Source: Novakomyces olei
Lineage: Eukaryota
Assembly (NCBI GenBank): GCA_016906335.1
Contig: JADEYG010000002.1
Span: 806,001 to 870,000 of the forward strand
DNA length: 64,000 nt
Reading direction: 5' to 3'
The position numbers and the translations under genes are program-made. Below are positions 36,475-48,466 of this stretch, piece after piece (within the stretch, counting starts at the first letter, position 1; each line of letters starts with the position of its first letter). The notes under the pieces were generated by a model. It was given only the letters and a program-made list of their open reading frames with translations. It was not told the origin of the DNA and made no database searches.

Positions 36475-39400
36475 ATGTATGTTTGCTTAATAAATGCACT
36501 AAACTGATGATTCAAGGAGCTCTAACCCTTTGGCTGCTTTTCGGCGGGACTCACCAGCAGCACCAGAACAGCAGTACAGGGCTGGAGCAGCGAACTGTAT
36601 TTCTGTATCTTTTCAACCACCGGATTTAGGCCCTTGTCCCGCACAGTATGTATTGCCGCTAAAGGCGCTACAGAAAAAAGACCCGACTACTCGCGCCAAG
36701 GCTCTTGAAGATCTTGCAAACTTATTCGCCGGCCTATCGCCTGATGCGTCGGACGAGTATTTGCTATATGTTTGGGTAAATGCCTATCAATCACGCTGAC
36801 TACCGCTACTAACAGCATCAGAGCGAATACTTTCCGCGGCTTGTTACAGAGGCGGATCGCCGTGTGCGCTTAGCGGCTCATACGTCTCATCAAAGTCTTT
36901 GCAAAAGCTGCGGGAAGCGGATTGCGAGGTACTTGAAACGCATTATTGCAGCATGGGCTCTAGCAACATTTGATTGCGACAAACAGGTTGCACGACTCGC
37001 TACGACTACTATGAAACAGACATTTCCTAACGACAAGTACCAAGCTGCCTGGCAAAAGTTTTCTGAGGATATCGCTGATTTTTGTATTGACATTATCGCA
37101 CAGCAAGATCCGTCCAAGTTGAGTGATGAGCGCTACGTCCGGAAAGACGAGGCTATTGCAAAGTACGATCGCCTTTGTATTTCGTCTTTGCTCTGTCTAT
37201 TGCGCGTGTTTGAAATTATCGATCCTATATCGATCAAAGCAGCGACAGAGACTTTGTTGGAGTCACCAAAGTTTTGGATAATGGGCCAAAGCTCGGACCC
37301 TTTTGTACGAAAAGCTCTTTTCCGGTTTACAACATTCCTTGTAAACAACCATTTTACCGTGGTTGAAGGCTACCAGTCAAAGTTTAGATCCCGATTGGCA
37401 AAATGGGTCAAACATGTTTCGAGCAGCGATGCTGTAACGTTTATGAATCTGATTGAAAGTGTTTGTTTCAAGGGGCTCGGAAATTGTTTACATCCAAGTG
37501 GCAAAGAAAAGTCAGATTTTGTACCATCGTTTTTGAAAACTATTGAGCAGCTTGCACAAGATCCACTGGCACGGGAATTTTTCGACCATCTCCAGTCTAT
37601 CTTGGATGACGTAATTGACAAAGTTTTTACTGATAAAAGGTCATTGTTTTGCTCTATCAAGACAGCTTGTATTTCGTCTCCGCGACCGGTTGAATCTTGC
37701 TTTTACATATACTTCAGGCTCTATGTCGAGCTGGATGCAAACGAAGATTTGACCGAAATCATTGACCGATGCCCTTCTTCGGCTTACTCAAGAGTGCTAA
37801 GCCTGTTGAAGGGCAAGGATGAACCGGCCAATCTTTTTGCCGATTGTGCTGCTAAGCTAATTGCGCAAATCTCTTCGGCCCCTATTAGCAGCAACAAAAA
37901 GTCTCTGATGGAATTTTTGGCTTCAAGCTCCGGATGGGCGCCAGTTAAGTCAAAGCTTGAATCCATCATCGACAGTAGCATGAAGACGTTTGAGAATGGG
38001 CAGCAACTAGAAGCGCGGCTATTAGCACTGGACAAACTATCCACGTTTCTCGCTGCTGGAAAGCTCGATGCGGCTGACATTTTGGATATGGTTCAACGAT
38101 TTATTGAGACAACAATCACAAGATCACTTGCTGATCTAGGCGATGTGGAGTTTGCCAAAGTCTGCGAAATGGTCGCAATTTTTTGTAACAATTATGAAGC
38201 CAGAGCAAAGGCAGTTTTTAAGCACTGGCTAACTGCTAACGAGCATCTACCAAGTCATAGATTTTGGGGCTCTATTTGCAACATTAATGTAGGTACGTGC
38301 CGAGGTATCGCCACGGCCAGCATGTTTAAGCAGCGAATGGCACTCGATATGCCCGAGTCCACGTGGAAGCATGTAATTTCGTCTCTTAAACTGCTTTCTC
38401 ACGAGGAACTGGCAACCGTCGACGAGCACGTTATGCAGACGTTCAAGGACAGCGACTCAAACTTGCTTCCTGCTCTCGCTGCCTTGAACGAGAGCGCTCG
38501 TCTCGGTGTAGACGTGAACGCTTTGCCAGACTCATCATGGATTCTTTTACTCGCTAACTCTGGCAAAGATTCCGAGATTCAGCGTGTCGCTCGCGAGGTC
38601 GGGTTAAGAAGCCAAAGCGATGAGAACCTGTCTAAAAATGCGTCCAAATTATTGCGTGAAAGGGTACTATCTGACGATACTGTGAAGGAGGAAGGTGAAC
38701 AAGGCTCAGAGGCGTCTTTGCTAGATGTGCCGCAGCTTTTGGATACAGTTCCTAGTTTTTCTTTCCATGATTTGCTACTGGAAGAAGAGTGGCAGGATAT
38801 GTTGCGCAAGCATCTTTGCGTCACTAAATCGCCGTACTTTGGCTACATTCGACCGGCTCTCAATCTTGATTTTAGAAAGGCTCAGGATTCAGTGGCTTAC
38901 GTTGCCGATGCCAAGCTTCGTGCAGTCATGGACGTTCAGTGCGCTTTAGTTGAAAGGGACACTGATCCTCAGGTACCTGCCTTGGAACGGCTTTTGTTTG
39001 GATATGCTATAATTGCGGACGAGAACCGGCTCGGGTTCGCACTCGCGCACGATACGCATTTGCTGGACAGAATAAGATTTGCGCTTTTGGACTCGAAATG
39101 TCCACTGTCAAAATTTTTCAATGGTCTGCGTGTAAATATTTCTGCCAACTTTTCTTCAGTATTCTGGCTCTTTAAAATTTTCAGCAACGATGTGCACCAA
39201 ATCGTGCAAGAACTGGATGTGAAAAGTGTGCAGGATAGGTTAGCTTTGTGTGCGGCCTACGCTTCATCGGCACTGGAGGCGGATCAGAAGGTAATCAATG
39301 TCACTGCTAATGATCTTTGCGGCGGCAGTGCTGACCACGACGAAGAGGATAAAGCTCTGTCGAGCATCTGCCTGCTGAATTGCGCTCTATCTCACCGGAA

Positions 39401-41236
39401 CCTGGCTGATTTGACTGATTCGCCTTTGCCTCCTAACCGCATGAGTATGCTTTTAAGCAGTACAGTGCAGCGTCCTTTTTCCGGGCTGACGGGACCAGTT
39501 CAATTGGAACAGGTTAAACTGTTCCGTCTCCTACTACCCTATACAAAATCCATGTACGGAAGGCACTGGGAGTACATTATTGATGCTTTACTGCACGCGT
39601 TGCAGGGCCCGCCTGCGTTGCAAATAAGTGCTATGAGACTGGCCAGTGGCCTAAACAGTGTGAAGGCCGATAATGACGATTTAGACTTTGCATGGAAAGA
39701 AAACTTTGCAAAACTGCAATCCACCGCCTTGAAAATAGTAACTGCTGATGAATCACGGCTTCCCTTCAAAGTCGCAAAGGATTTTTACGATGCGTTGACT
39801 CTTGTTATTAAACTGGCAAACCCTAAAGCACTGGCAGCTTTAGACCTAACGAACGGGTACCGTACCGTCTGCCACTGTGCGAGCTCTGAGTATAGAGATT
39901 TCGTGTTTGATCTGCTCTCTCGCCGTGTATCAGAGTACTGCCACGACTTGTCGGTCAAGGACGCCCTTACAACCAGCGAAGACGAGACAACCACGGGCGA
40001 ATGTGAGATTTCTCCTTTGCTCATATCGATACTTGTCGACACGCCAAACGAAGCGCACCAGGTCGAGTATGAGAGCTACAACTACCTTTGCTGCTGGAAG
40101 CTTTTACTCTTGCATTTTGCAGATACGTCACTGTCGGTGAAGCATAAATTTATGGAGCAGATCAAGAGCCACGGGCTCGATACTACTTTTTTCGAGCTTG
40201 TCTTTGAAATCTTGCGCGTGGACACAGCTGTCCCAGTCAATGCCTCCAAGTTTAATTTGACTGGATGGGATCACAGTGCGCATACAGACAAGCGTGATAA
40301 GGTAGCGGGTATGGCGGCTCATCTTTTGCTCCTAAGTTTGCTGTACGTTCCCTCATTGCTGCGCTCATACTGGCTAGAGCAACGTAATCGGGCCTATGTG
40401 CGGGCAATCGAAACTTTTATCGACGCTTTTGTGTCGCCAGTGCTTACGGAGAAAGCATTAGCAGACGTTGAGGCAGAGATACCAAAATCTGAGCTCGACA
40501 ACGCTGATATTTCGGTCAAAGTCAACTACATTTCAAAGGAAGTCAGCTGCTATTACGCTGTCGACGAGCAAAACCTGGGCATTTCTATCTGCCTCCCGCT
40601 TGGGTTTCCTCTTCGCAATGTCAGCGTGGAAACGGCGTCTCGCGTAGGGGTCAGTGACCAGCGATGGCGCGCCTGGCTGTTTGCCTCGCAGGCTATAATC
40701 ATGACACAGGTATGCCCTCATTTTTATCGAAAAGCTCTCATTTGAGTTGTTTTTCTTGGCACTTTATAGTCTACTGTGTACAGACTGTGTCTTGTCGCCA
40801 ATCATTACATTTACTTTAAAAAGCTGTTTGTCTCTAAATTTGGTTTGTTTGTACGCTAAATCTTGTCTTTATTTATACTAAATTTTCTGACTCCGAATTC
40901 TACATTTCTCTATTCTGACTATATTCAATGATCGTGAGCTTTACTAACAGTGCAGAACGGATCGATACTGGATGCACTTGTCCTGTTTAAGCGTAATGTC
41001 GCTTTGCACTTTGAAGGTGTTTCAGAGTGTGCAATTTGCTACTCTATTCTTTCCGCCGACCGTGCATTGCCGACAAAGAAATGCGGCACGTGCAAGCACA
41101 AGTTCCATACTTCTTGTCTGTTCAAGGTAACGAAAGCAACTGTTTTTTGAGTGTTTGTCTAACGTGCATTTAGTGGTTTAAATCATCGAATTCAAGTCGC
41201 TGTCCGTTATGTCGCAGCCTTTTTACAGCGTACTAG
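36475..41236 (+). CDS. RKR1: E3 ubiquitin ligase listerin (RQC); four introns, first one splits the ATG
   Basis: N-terminal LQKKDPTTRAKAL...W...RRVR motif, HEAT-like body, RWD-like region, HFEGVSECAICYS...C.TC.HKFH..CL.KWF..S..S.CPLCR RING. Confidence 0.93.
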
Positions 41237-41377
41237 ACGGTTTTATACAATTAACTCACACGCGTTATTGATAGATAATTTGTATTACTAAAGTTTAGAA
41301 ATCGTTTTATTCGCCGACATCGGTATAAATTATTTGAAAACATTATGCGCCGTACCAATAGTGATAAGTGTAGCAAT

Positions 41378-41398
41378 AACCCTAACTAACCCTAACTA
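41378..41398 (+). promoter_or_regulatory. AACCCTAACTAACCCTAACTA element upstream of PEX6
   Basis: Two full 10-bp units. Confidence 0.7.
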
Positions 41399-41565
41399 TC
41401 TGCGAGCAATGTCTCCTATTAACAGCCAACAGCCGAGCCAGTCGACTGACCAGTAAATAGAATAAAATATTAATTATAATAAGTAAATATAAATAATTAA
41501 TTTTAATTATAGACAAATAATTCAAGTTTAATTGTATGCCCATTCATAAATTGTGGGGATGAATC

Positions 41566-44500
41566 ATGGAGTCGGCCGTTGCAAATGTGCAGGTCAGTCC
41601 TAGCGGCACGGATGACAGGGTCGTATACTGCTCCGAGGCATTATGTAAGACTCTTTGTTATTCCCGCAAACTTTGATCAATCCTCTAACTTTAATCAATC
41701 CTCCAACTTTGATCAGTTCTCTAATAGCCCAGGCTGCTTTGGGACGACGCATGGAGCGCTACACTTTCCCCATGAACCGCCTATTGTATGTCGCGTCGTA
41801 CAAAAAGACAGTTTAAACGGTACGAGTGTTCAGTTTGGCTTTCACCGTGGCATTGCCACTTTTTCCGCAATTAAACCTATTGTACTGGATCGGTTAGAGT
41901 GCGTTATAGACAGATCAGCACTCGGACGGCGCTCAGACAGTGCTGAAATTGCGCAGTTTTTTACGGAAAGTATGGAAGACGGCAGCGTCTTTTGTCCTGG
42001 AAAATTCCCGCTTGGCAGATGTGTGAGGTGTGACCCCGTGGAGCAAGGCGTAATCGGGCCAGAGACGGAGATTGTACTGCAAACGAACGATACTGGTCAG
42101 GAGCTGACGCCGCCTGATACTTGCCGCAGTTTGCTGACGTTTATGACGAGCGCAGACGGCAGTAGCCGTATATCTTTGCTTACAATGGCCAGATCGTTTA
42201 GTGTTTTGCCTTACGGACTGGACGGTGCTCTTGATAGCTGTGTGTTTGTTAACTCTAAAGACTTGTCGCGCCTCGGTACCTTTTCACCGAGCCATGTCTA
42301 CATTTCTTTTAACCCTCATACAGTTGCAAAACATGAGGATTTTGAAAATAACGACATTGAAAATAATATTGAAAATAATATTGAAAATAATATTGAAAAT
42401 AATATTGAAAATAATATTAAAGATGATACTATTGAGAGTAATGGCGTTGAAAATACTATAGCCACTGACCAAGACAAGGGCAAGCAAACTCCCAAAAGCA
42501 GGCGACGTCTTGTGAGATGCTTTAGCGAGCCTGCACCGGACGCTGGGTACGTAATGCTTTCGCCTACCTTGCAGTATAACCTTACGGGGTCTGTTCAGGG
42601 ACCTGTACGGGTAACATTAACAGCAGCGGCACATGACGACGTCAGCGTGGATGACGCAGGCAATGCTTTACCCGAGGCTTCAAAAGTCGAACTTTCCGCA
42701 GTGCGGTCACCAACGTCTTCGGATAAAGCCTTGCACGAAGCCGGTATAAAGGCCTTGCAAGAAGCATTGCATAGACGGCCACTTGTGTACACTGGAGACA
42801 TGATTTGTGTGGGAGTTTGCTCTTCGTTTAGCAGCAGCAATTTCAATAGTGCAAACATCCGTGCTAGTGCCAATGTTAATGCCGCTGTAGACAGCCTTGT
42901 CTATTACAAAGTCGAGGCTGTTCAGGTGAACGATGAGCCCGCTGGTTACGCTATAATCAATCCTTCAACGTCCAAAGTCATGCAGGAATCATGGATAAAT
43001 AGAAGAATTGCATGGCAATCGCGATGGCTCGAACTGGATCCTTATTGGACGGAATCAAAGCTGCATGCGCTCCTGGAAGCATCCTTTAACCCTCGTCTTG
43101 TGCAACGTGGAGTGGCGGTTACACTGCTGCTTAAAGGCGGACGGCAGTGTGGCAAAAGGACACTTGCTCTAAACGCTGCTGATGCCGCAGGGTACCATGT
43201 CTTTGACGTAAACTGCTACGACATTGTTGCCACTGCTGGGGAAACAGGAGCAAAATTAGAGGCAGTCTTACGTGCACGTTTTGAGAGGGCAATTACCTGT
43301 GCCCCCTGTGTAATTTTGCTACGTAATATTGATGCTTTTAGTGGCGATGCCGCTACTGCCCTCAGTTCAGCTCTCGCTGACGATGGTCGTAAAGTTATTG
43401 CAGAGGCAATGAAGACTAAACAGTTGCCCATTGCGATTGTGGGCACAACTGCCGCTCATCCAGATTTATCTCAAGACATTACCAATCTCTTTCGGCAAGA
43501 GTTATTGGTGCCTGCGCCCTCGGAAGACGCAAGGGTTAGTATTCTGGCAAACGCAGTTAAAGGCAGGCGCATAAATGTAGATCTAAAGGCAGTTGCCCGG
43601 CAAACAGCGGCGCTTTGCACAGGCGACTTGCAAAATCTTGTCAGTCGGGCCAGTGCAAATGCACTCCGCCGTCTCTTGTCATCCATCCCGAACGCTACAA
43701 GATCAGACGTGGAGGCAGCCGGGTACGTAATTTCAGAGGCAGATTTTACAGCCGCTGCTAAACAGTCGCTCGATACTTTTGCCGAGAGTATTGGCGCTCC
43801 CAAGATCCCACAGGTAAAGTGGGACGATGTTGGAGGACTTGCGAGTGTGAAGCAGGATATTTTGGATACGATTCAGCTGCCTTTGCAGCGCCCAGAGCTT
43901 TTTGCCAGCGGGCTGAAGAAACGGTCGGGCGTTCTGCTCTATGGGCCACCAGGCACTGGCAAAACTCTGCTGGCAAAAGCAGTTGCCACCTCGTTTTCCC
44001 TCAATTTTTATTCTGTCAAGGGCCCAGAATTATTAAACATGTACATTGGAGAATCAGAGGCCAATGTGCGCAGGGTTTTCCAGCGTGCACGTGACGCAAA
44101 ACCTTGCGTAATTTTCTTTGACGAGCTTGATTCAGTGGCTCCAAAACGCGGGAACCAGGGAGACAGTGGGGGCGTAATGGACCGGATAGTCAGCCAATTG
44201 CTGGCTGAATTAGATGGCATGTCTTCCTCCGAAGAGGGTGATGATTCAAACGGCAACGTTTTTGTTATCGGCGCCACGAACAGACCTGATCTTTTGGATC
44301 CTGCTCTTATTAGGCCCGGCAGGTTTGATAAAATGCTGTATTTGGGCATCCCGGACACGCATGAAGCCCAGCTCAACGTTCTACGAGCTCTAACAAAAAA
44401 ATTTACGTTTGCTCCAGACGTTGATTTGCAGGCAGTAGTGGACCAGTGCCGGTTCACGTTTACTGGGGCCGATTTTTACGCCCTGTCCAGTGACGCTATG

Positions 44501-44773
44501 CTGTCAGCAATGTCACGCAAAGCCGCACAAGTCGATCAAATTGTAAAAGACCGGGGGATCCGGCCACAAGAGTACTTTGATGACATTGCTGACGAAGGAG
44601 AGCTGGCACCTGTGGTGGAACAGGCCGATTTTTTCACGGCACTAAGGGGGCTGGTTCCCAGCGTTAGTCAGCAGGAATTGGAGCACTACCAGCGAATCAA
44701 GGCGATATTCAGTCCTGAACAGGGCAGCATTAAGGATACCGGTAAGGGCAAAGCCGTTGTAAACGGGGAATAG
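41566..44773 (+). CDS. PEX6: Peroxisomal AAA+ ATPase Pex6; one 5' intron
   Basis: Degenerate D1 (GGRQCGKR) and intact D2 (SGVLLYGPPGTGKTLLAKAVA, FFDELDS, GDSGGVMDRIVSQLLAELDG, RPGRFDKMLYLG). Exon 1 MESAV... is inferred. Confidence 0.95.
42343..42420 (+). repeat. 12-bp coding tandem repeat (GAAAATAATATT, ENNI) inside PEX6
   Basis: About six units, in frame. Confidence 0.9.
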
Positions 44774-45032
44774 AGATTAGCATTGCTGTTTAGCGGTGTT
44801 TGTATGTACAATAATTAAATAAATGTATGAATTTAATTGTATTTAAAGATAGAAGGTAATAATTAAATCACAGTTGATCGTATAAATTGCATTTAAATTA
44901 TTTAAATTTAATTTAATTTAACATAAAAGAAGAAACGTTACGTTCAATGTTATAAAAACACTGAGTATCGCTTCCACACCCTTTAATATCCAGATCAGGG
45001 CTATAGGGATACGCGCCCTAATCAATTGGGAT

Positions 45033-45105
45033 AGTAATTATCTCTCTCGTAATTATCTCTCGTAATTATCTCTCGTAATTATCTCTCTCTCGTAATCACC
45101 TCTCG
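45033..45105. repeat. CGTAATTATCTCT(CT)n tandem repeat, ~5 units
   Basis: Directly visible in the convergent PEX6 / CCDC6-like intergenic region. Confidence 0.85.
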
Positions 45106-45302
45106 TTTGAATTCGAATTGCAAACAGCCACACATGTATCTTGTCTATCACTTTTCCAGCAATGCTCGCTATGCAACCAACCCTCGACCTCCCCGCTCCC
45201 GATGTTGTCTAATTCAGATTTGATTTAATTTTGAGATTAATTCTATATTCATTTTTTCGTGTCATAAAGGCCTCGTGTCATAAAAAGCAAGCAGCCGGCC
45301 AA

Positions 45303-46154
45303 TTAAGACCGCATAGATCGGGAATGAGCAAGTGCAGTCCGTGTCTGCTGCAGTTCCGACCGAGCGTTTTGTAAATCTTCAAGCAGCTGCTGATTTTCAA
45401 TCTGTTTGCGGGTATATTTCTCTGAAAGGTCACGCACCTTGATACGCAAGTAATCGTTTTCCCGTGCGACGCTCAGCACATCCAAAGGCGACTCTGCCTC
45501 AGATCCGGGCGAGAAAGTAGGCGGCAGTTGGAAGGTAGTCGGGCTACCCAATTGCTCAACGCGGCTCCCTAAACGTGCCGATTTTTCTTCCGGCGTGGCA
45601 GCGGAAACAGCAGCAGCGCTAGAAAGCCGAGGCCAAGACTCGGCGTTTGGCAGTGAGGCAGAGCCAGTATTATTTGCAGTCGCAGTATTATCTGCAGTGC
45701 CAGTATTATTTGTAGTGCCAATATTTGTAGTGCCAATATTTGTAGTGCCAATATTACAGTCCGAGTCTGAGCGAGGAGGCTCCAGTTTCGCCAGTCGAGA
45801 CCGTAGTTCGGCAATTTCACGGCCGAGTCGGTTGACGATACTCTCGTTTTCCGCCTCGAGTTCAGACTCGATACGGATTTTGTCGCGTCGAAGGGTATCC
45901 AAACGCTTAATCAGGCTGTTTGTTATACCCTCCTGTTCTCGTTCATAAGCGTCCGCCACTTCGGCCATTGAAAAGGACTGTTTCCGTGGGAATCTTGCCG
46001 GCGAAAGTGATCGAGGCGTCGTTGCCGCAAGTGAGGAAGCGCGTCTTGAAGACGAAGTGGCCGGGCGCAGACTCGGCGAAGCCAAAGGCGACCTCTGAGA
46101 GTTGCTGGACCGCCGTTGCTGCTGCAAGTTTTCCGAGCTGTTTTTGTGCTCCAT
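45303..46154 (-). CDS. Coiled-coil protein, CCDC6/DUF2046-like
   Basis: YEREQEGITNSLIKRLDTLRRDKIRIESELEAENESIVNRLGREI resembles the E.E.E...N.L repeats of CCDC6. Second coiled coil at the C-terminus, Ser/Pro-rich linkers and a 15-bp NIGTT repeat. Confidence 0.6.
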   Translation of the reverse strand: MEHKNSSENLQQQRRSSNSQRSPLASPSLRPATSSSRRASSLAATTPRSLSPARFPRKQSFSMAEVADAYEREQEGITNSLIKRLDTLRRDKIRIESELEAENESIVNRLGREIAELRSRLAKLEPPRSDSDCNIGTTNIGTTNIGTTNNTGTADNTATANNTGSASLPNAESWPRLSSAAAVSAATPEEKSARLGSRVEQLGSPTTFQLPPTFSPGSEAESPLDVLSVARENDYLRIKVRDLSEKYTRKQIENQQLLEDLQNARSELQQTRTALAHSRSMRS

Positions 46155-46707
46155 TGTATATGGCCAAACAAAGATACAAAAGGGCCGCTTTGATCCGTGG
46201 CAATCGCAAAAGGCACCGGGCCTGAGCCTATTCGCCGCGTACACAATAGTGCCGCGTGCAACAAGGGCTGGACTGAGGATTATTGTATGGATTATTGTAT
46301 GGATTATAGTATGGAGGGTAACAAAAGCTTATTCCCATTATTCCTAGACGACACTTTATGTTGTGTGGACGCTATTCAAAGTTTCTAGCAGTTGATGGTT
46401 GTAAAGTACCTAACCCAATGTTACTGCTTGTCCTGTAGAATACTTTGTTTACCTTTGAATACTATGCTTTACCACCTCACACTCGTTACAACGTTGACCA
46501 ACGTTAGGACATTAAACCTTGCTAGGACATTAAACAACGTTAGACACATTAAACCTTGCTAGGCACGTTACAAAGTTTAGCACATTCAACAAGGCCAGGC
46601 ACATATACTTGGGCTTGGCACAAATGTACGGGCACGCTAGAAGCAATGTGCAAGTAATATATTGTACCCACTAGCACATTAGCCCATACGCCGACAAACA
46701 TGTGTCG

Positions 46708-47904
46708 ATGATTGTGGGGCTGATTGGTCCCCGACGACGCTCAGCTTGCGGCGGCAGCATTGCCGTGAGCTTAATACTAGCTTGTGTACTGCTGGGAGTA
46801 CTGTACAAAACAAAGCCACAATTGTTTCTTCGCAACATGCAGCCAGACACAGTACGTGTCGTCTCGTGGAACATTAGGTACGGGTATGGGGAGATTACAC
46901 CGGCAAAGTCGAAACGCGATGGCACATTGGACGCCGATGGCGATGGCGATGACGATAGCGATGGCGAAATTGAGCAAATCGAAGTTGAAGAAAAGCACGA
47001 AGCAGGTGTAGAAAACGTGGCTGTTGACTACAAGGGCAGTGGAGGAGATGGGCACGCTGAAAGGGATACGCCTATTCACAATGCAAAAGGGAAAAAGGCA
47101 CCTTTGGCTGAGCCTTGGATAATGCCCACTCTGGAGCAATCGTGGGACGAGCGAAGGGGCCCAATGATTTCAATTCTACTACATTTGGCTTTCCCACGGC
47201 AGCCTTTCTTTCTCGGTTTGCAGGAAGTTTTGGCCAACCAGCTTGTTGATATTATGCGCGGACTGCGCATTAATACGTACGGTGCCGAGTTCCGTTACGT
47301 CGGTGTAGGCCGTGACGATGGCCATATGAGGGGCGAATTTTCCCCTATTATTTATGACGCTTCGCAAAGCGAACTGTTAGAATCACGTCATTTTTGGCTC
47401 TCTGAGCACCCTAATGTTCCTGGTTCAAAAAGTTGGGGAGCCGGCTCTTCAAGAATTTGTGAAATCGCACATTTCAGGCTTAGGCATTCAAATCGTAAAG
47501 TGTGTGTTATCAACTGCCATCTAGATGATCGTTCCTCTAAGCAGAGGAGGCACGCAGCTGAAATGATTTACGGGCAAATGATACGACGGGAGAACAAGGG
47601 CGAACACGTAGTCGTTCTCGGAGATTTCAACAGCGAGGAGCACGAGGAGGCGTACCAGCACCTTATGGCTCACAAGAATGTAGGAGATGCGGCCCTCATG
47701 GCTCATACGCATGCGGGACACACAAACACCTTTACCGGGTTTGCACCTGAAGTGGGACAGAAACGAATCGATTATGTTTTCGTGCTAGCGCAGCGTGACA
47801 ATAGCACACGCGTGGCACAATACGCGGTTTATGAGAATAGATATGATGACGGCTTGTATATAAGCGACCACCGGCCCGTCGTTGCGGACCTCTTGATGGG
47901 GTAG
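46708..47904 (+). CDS. Endonuclease/exonuclease/phosphatase (EEP) family protein with N-terminal signal anchor
   Basis: SWNIRY, GLQEV, GVGRDDG...GEFSPI.Y, FWLSE.P, NCHLD, LGDFNS, RIDYVF and SDHRPV. Confidence 0.9.
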   Translation: MIVGLIGPRRRSACGGSIAVSLILACVLLGVLYKTKPQLFLRNMQPDTVRVVSWNIRYGYGEITPAKSKRDGTLDADGDGDDDSDGEIEQIEVEEKHEAGVENVAVDYKGSGGDGHAERDTPIHNAKGKKAPLAEPWIMPTLEQSWDERRGPMISILLHLAFPRQPFFLGLQEVLANQLVDIMRGLRINTYGAEFRYVGVGRDDGHMRGEFSPIIYDASQSELLESRHFWLSEHPNVPGSKSWGAGSSRICEIAHFRLRHSNRKVCVINCHLDDRSSKQRRHAAEMIYGQMIRRENKGEHVVVLGDFNSEEHEEAYQHLMAHKNVGDAALMAHTHAGHTNTFTGFAPEVGQKRIDYVFVLAQRDNSTRVAQYAVYENRYDDGLYISDHRPVVADLLMG

Positions 47905-48466
47905 CGTTATACGCGCTCTATAATCTAAGAGTATAGGTATAATTTGAATTATAAAATAATTTGAATTATAGTATATAAAGTATGATATATCAAAAGTACT
48001 ATAGTGATTATTAATATTTAGAGTCTTGAGTTAAAAGCCATCGAATATACAGGCGTGACAGGCGCAGAGTTTAGATTAAGGTAAATTCGACATTAAAGTA
48101 CGAGTTTTGCGTGTCTATGATTGACTAGTTTGACGTGTATTCTCATTTCCACTCTATCTGTATAGTACGTAGACGCATGGAACGAACGCTTTTCCACGGC
48201 AGTACTATAGTGGTATCGATAATAACGTTAGTAAGCGTGTGTACAACGTCTAAAAATCTTAAAAATATTATTTTGTATTTAACATCTTATATTAACATTT
48301 TATTTTATATTAACATTTTATATTAACATGTTATATTAACATAGTATAATATTATGGCGAGTATGTGTATCGGGATCAAGTAAACAGTCAAGTCTAATTT
48401 AGGGATTTATGTGGCTACCATCGTATCTCGGCATACGTCAGATTAGCATTTGACGCAACAAGAGCC

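Noticed and set aside
41378-41398. CTAACCCTAA as a telomerase RNA template or interstitial telomere
   Set aside because: Only two units long and repeated at many promoters, which fits a protein-binding site better. No telomerase RNA structure is evident.
43930-43990. CUG codon reassignment
   Set aside because: CTG occupies conserved Leu positions in the PEX6 Walker A region and the NEW1 ILLLDEP motif.
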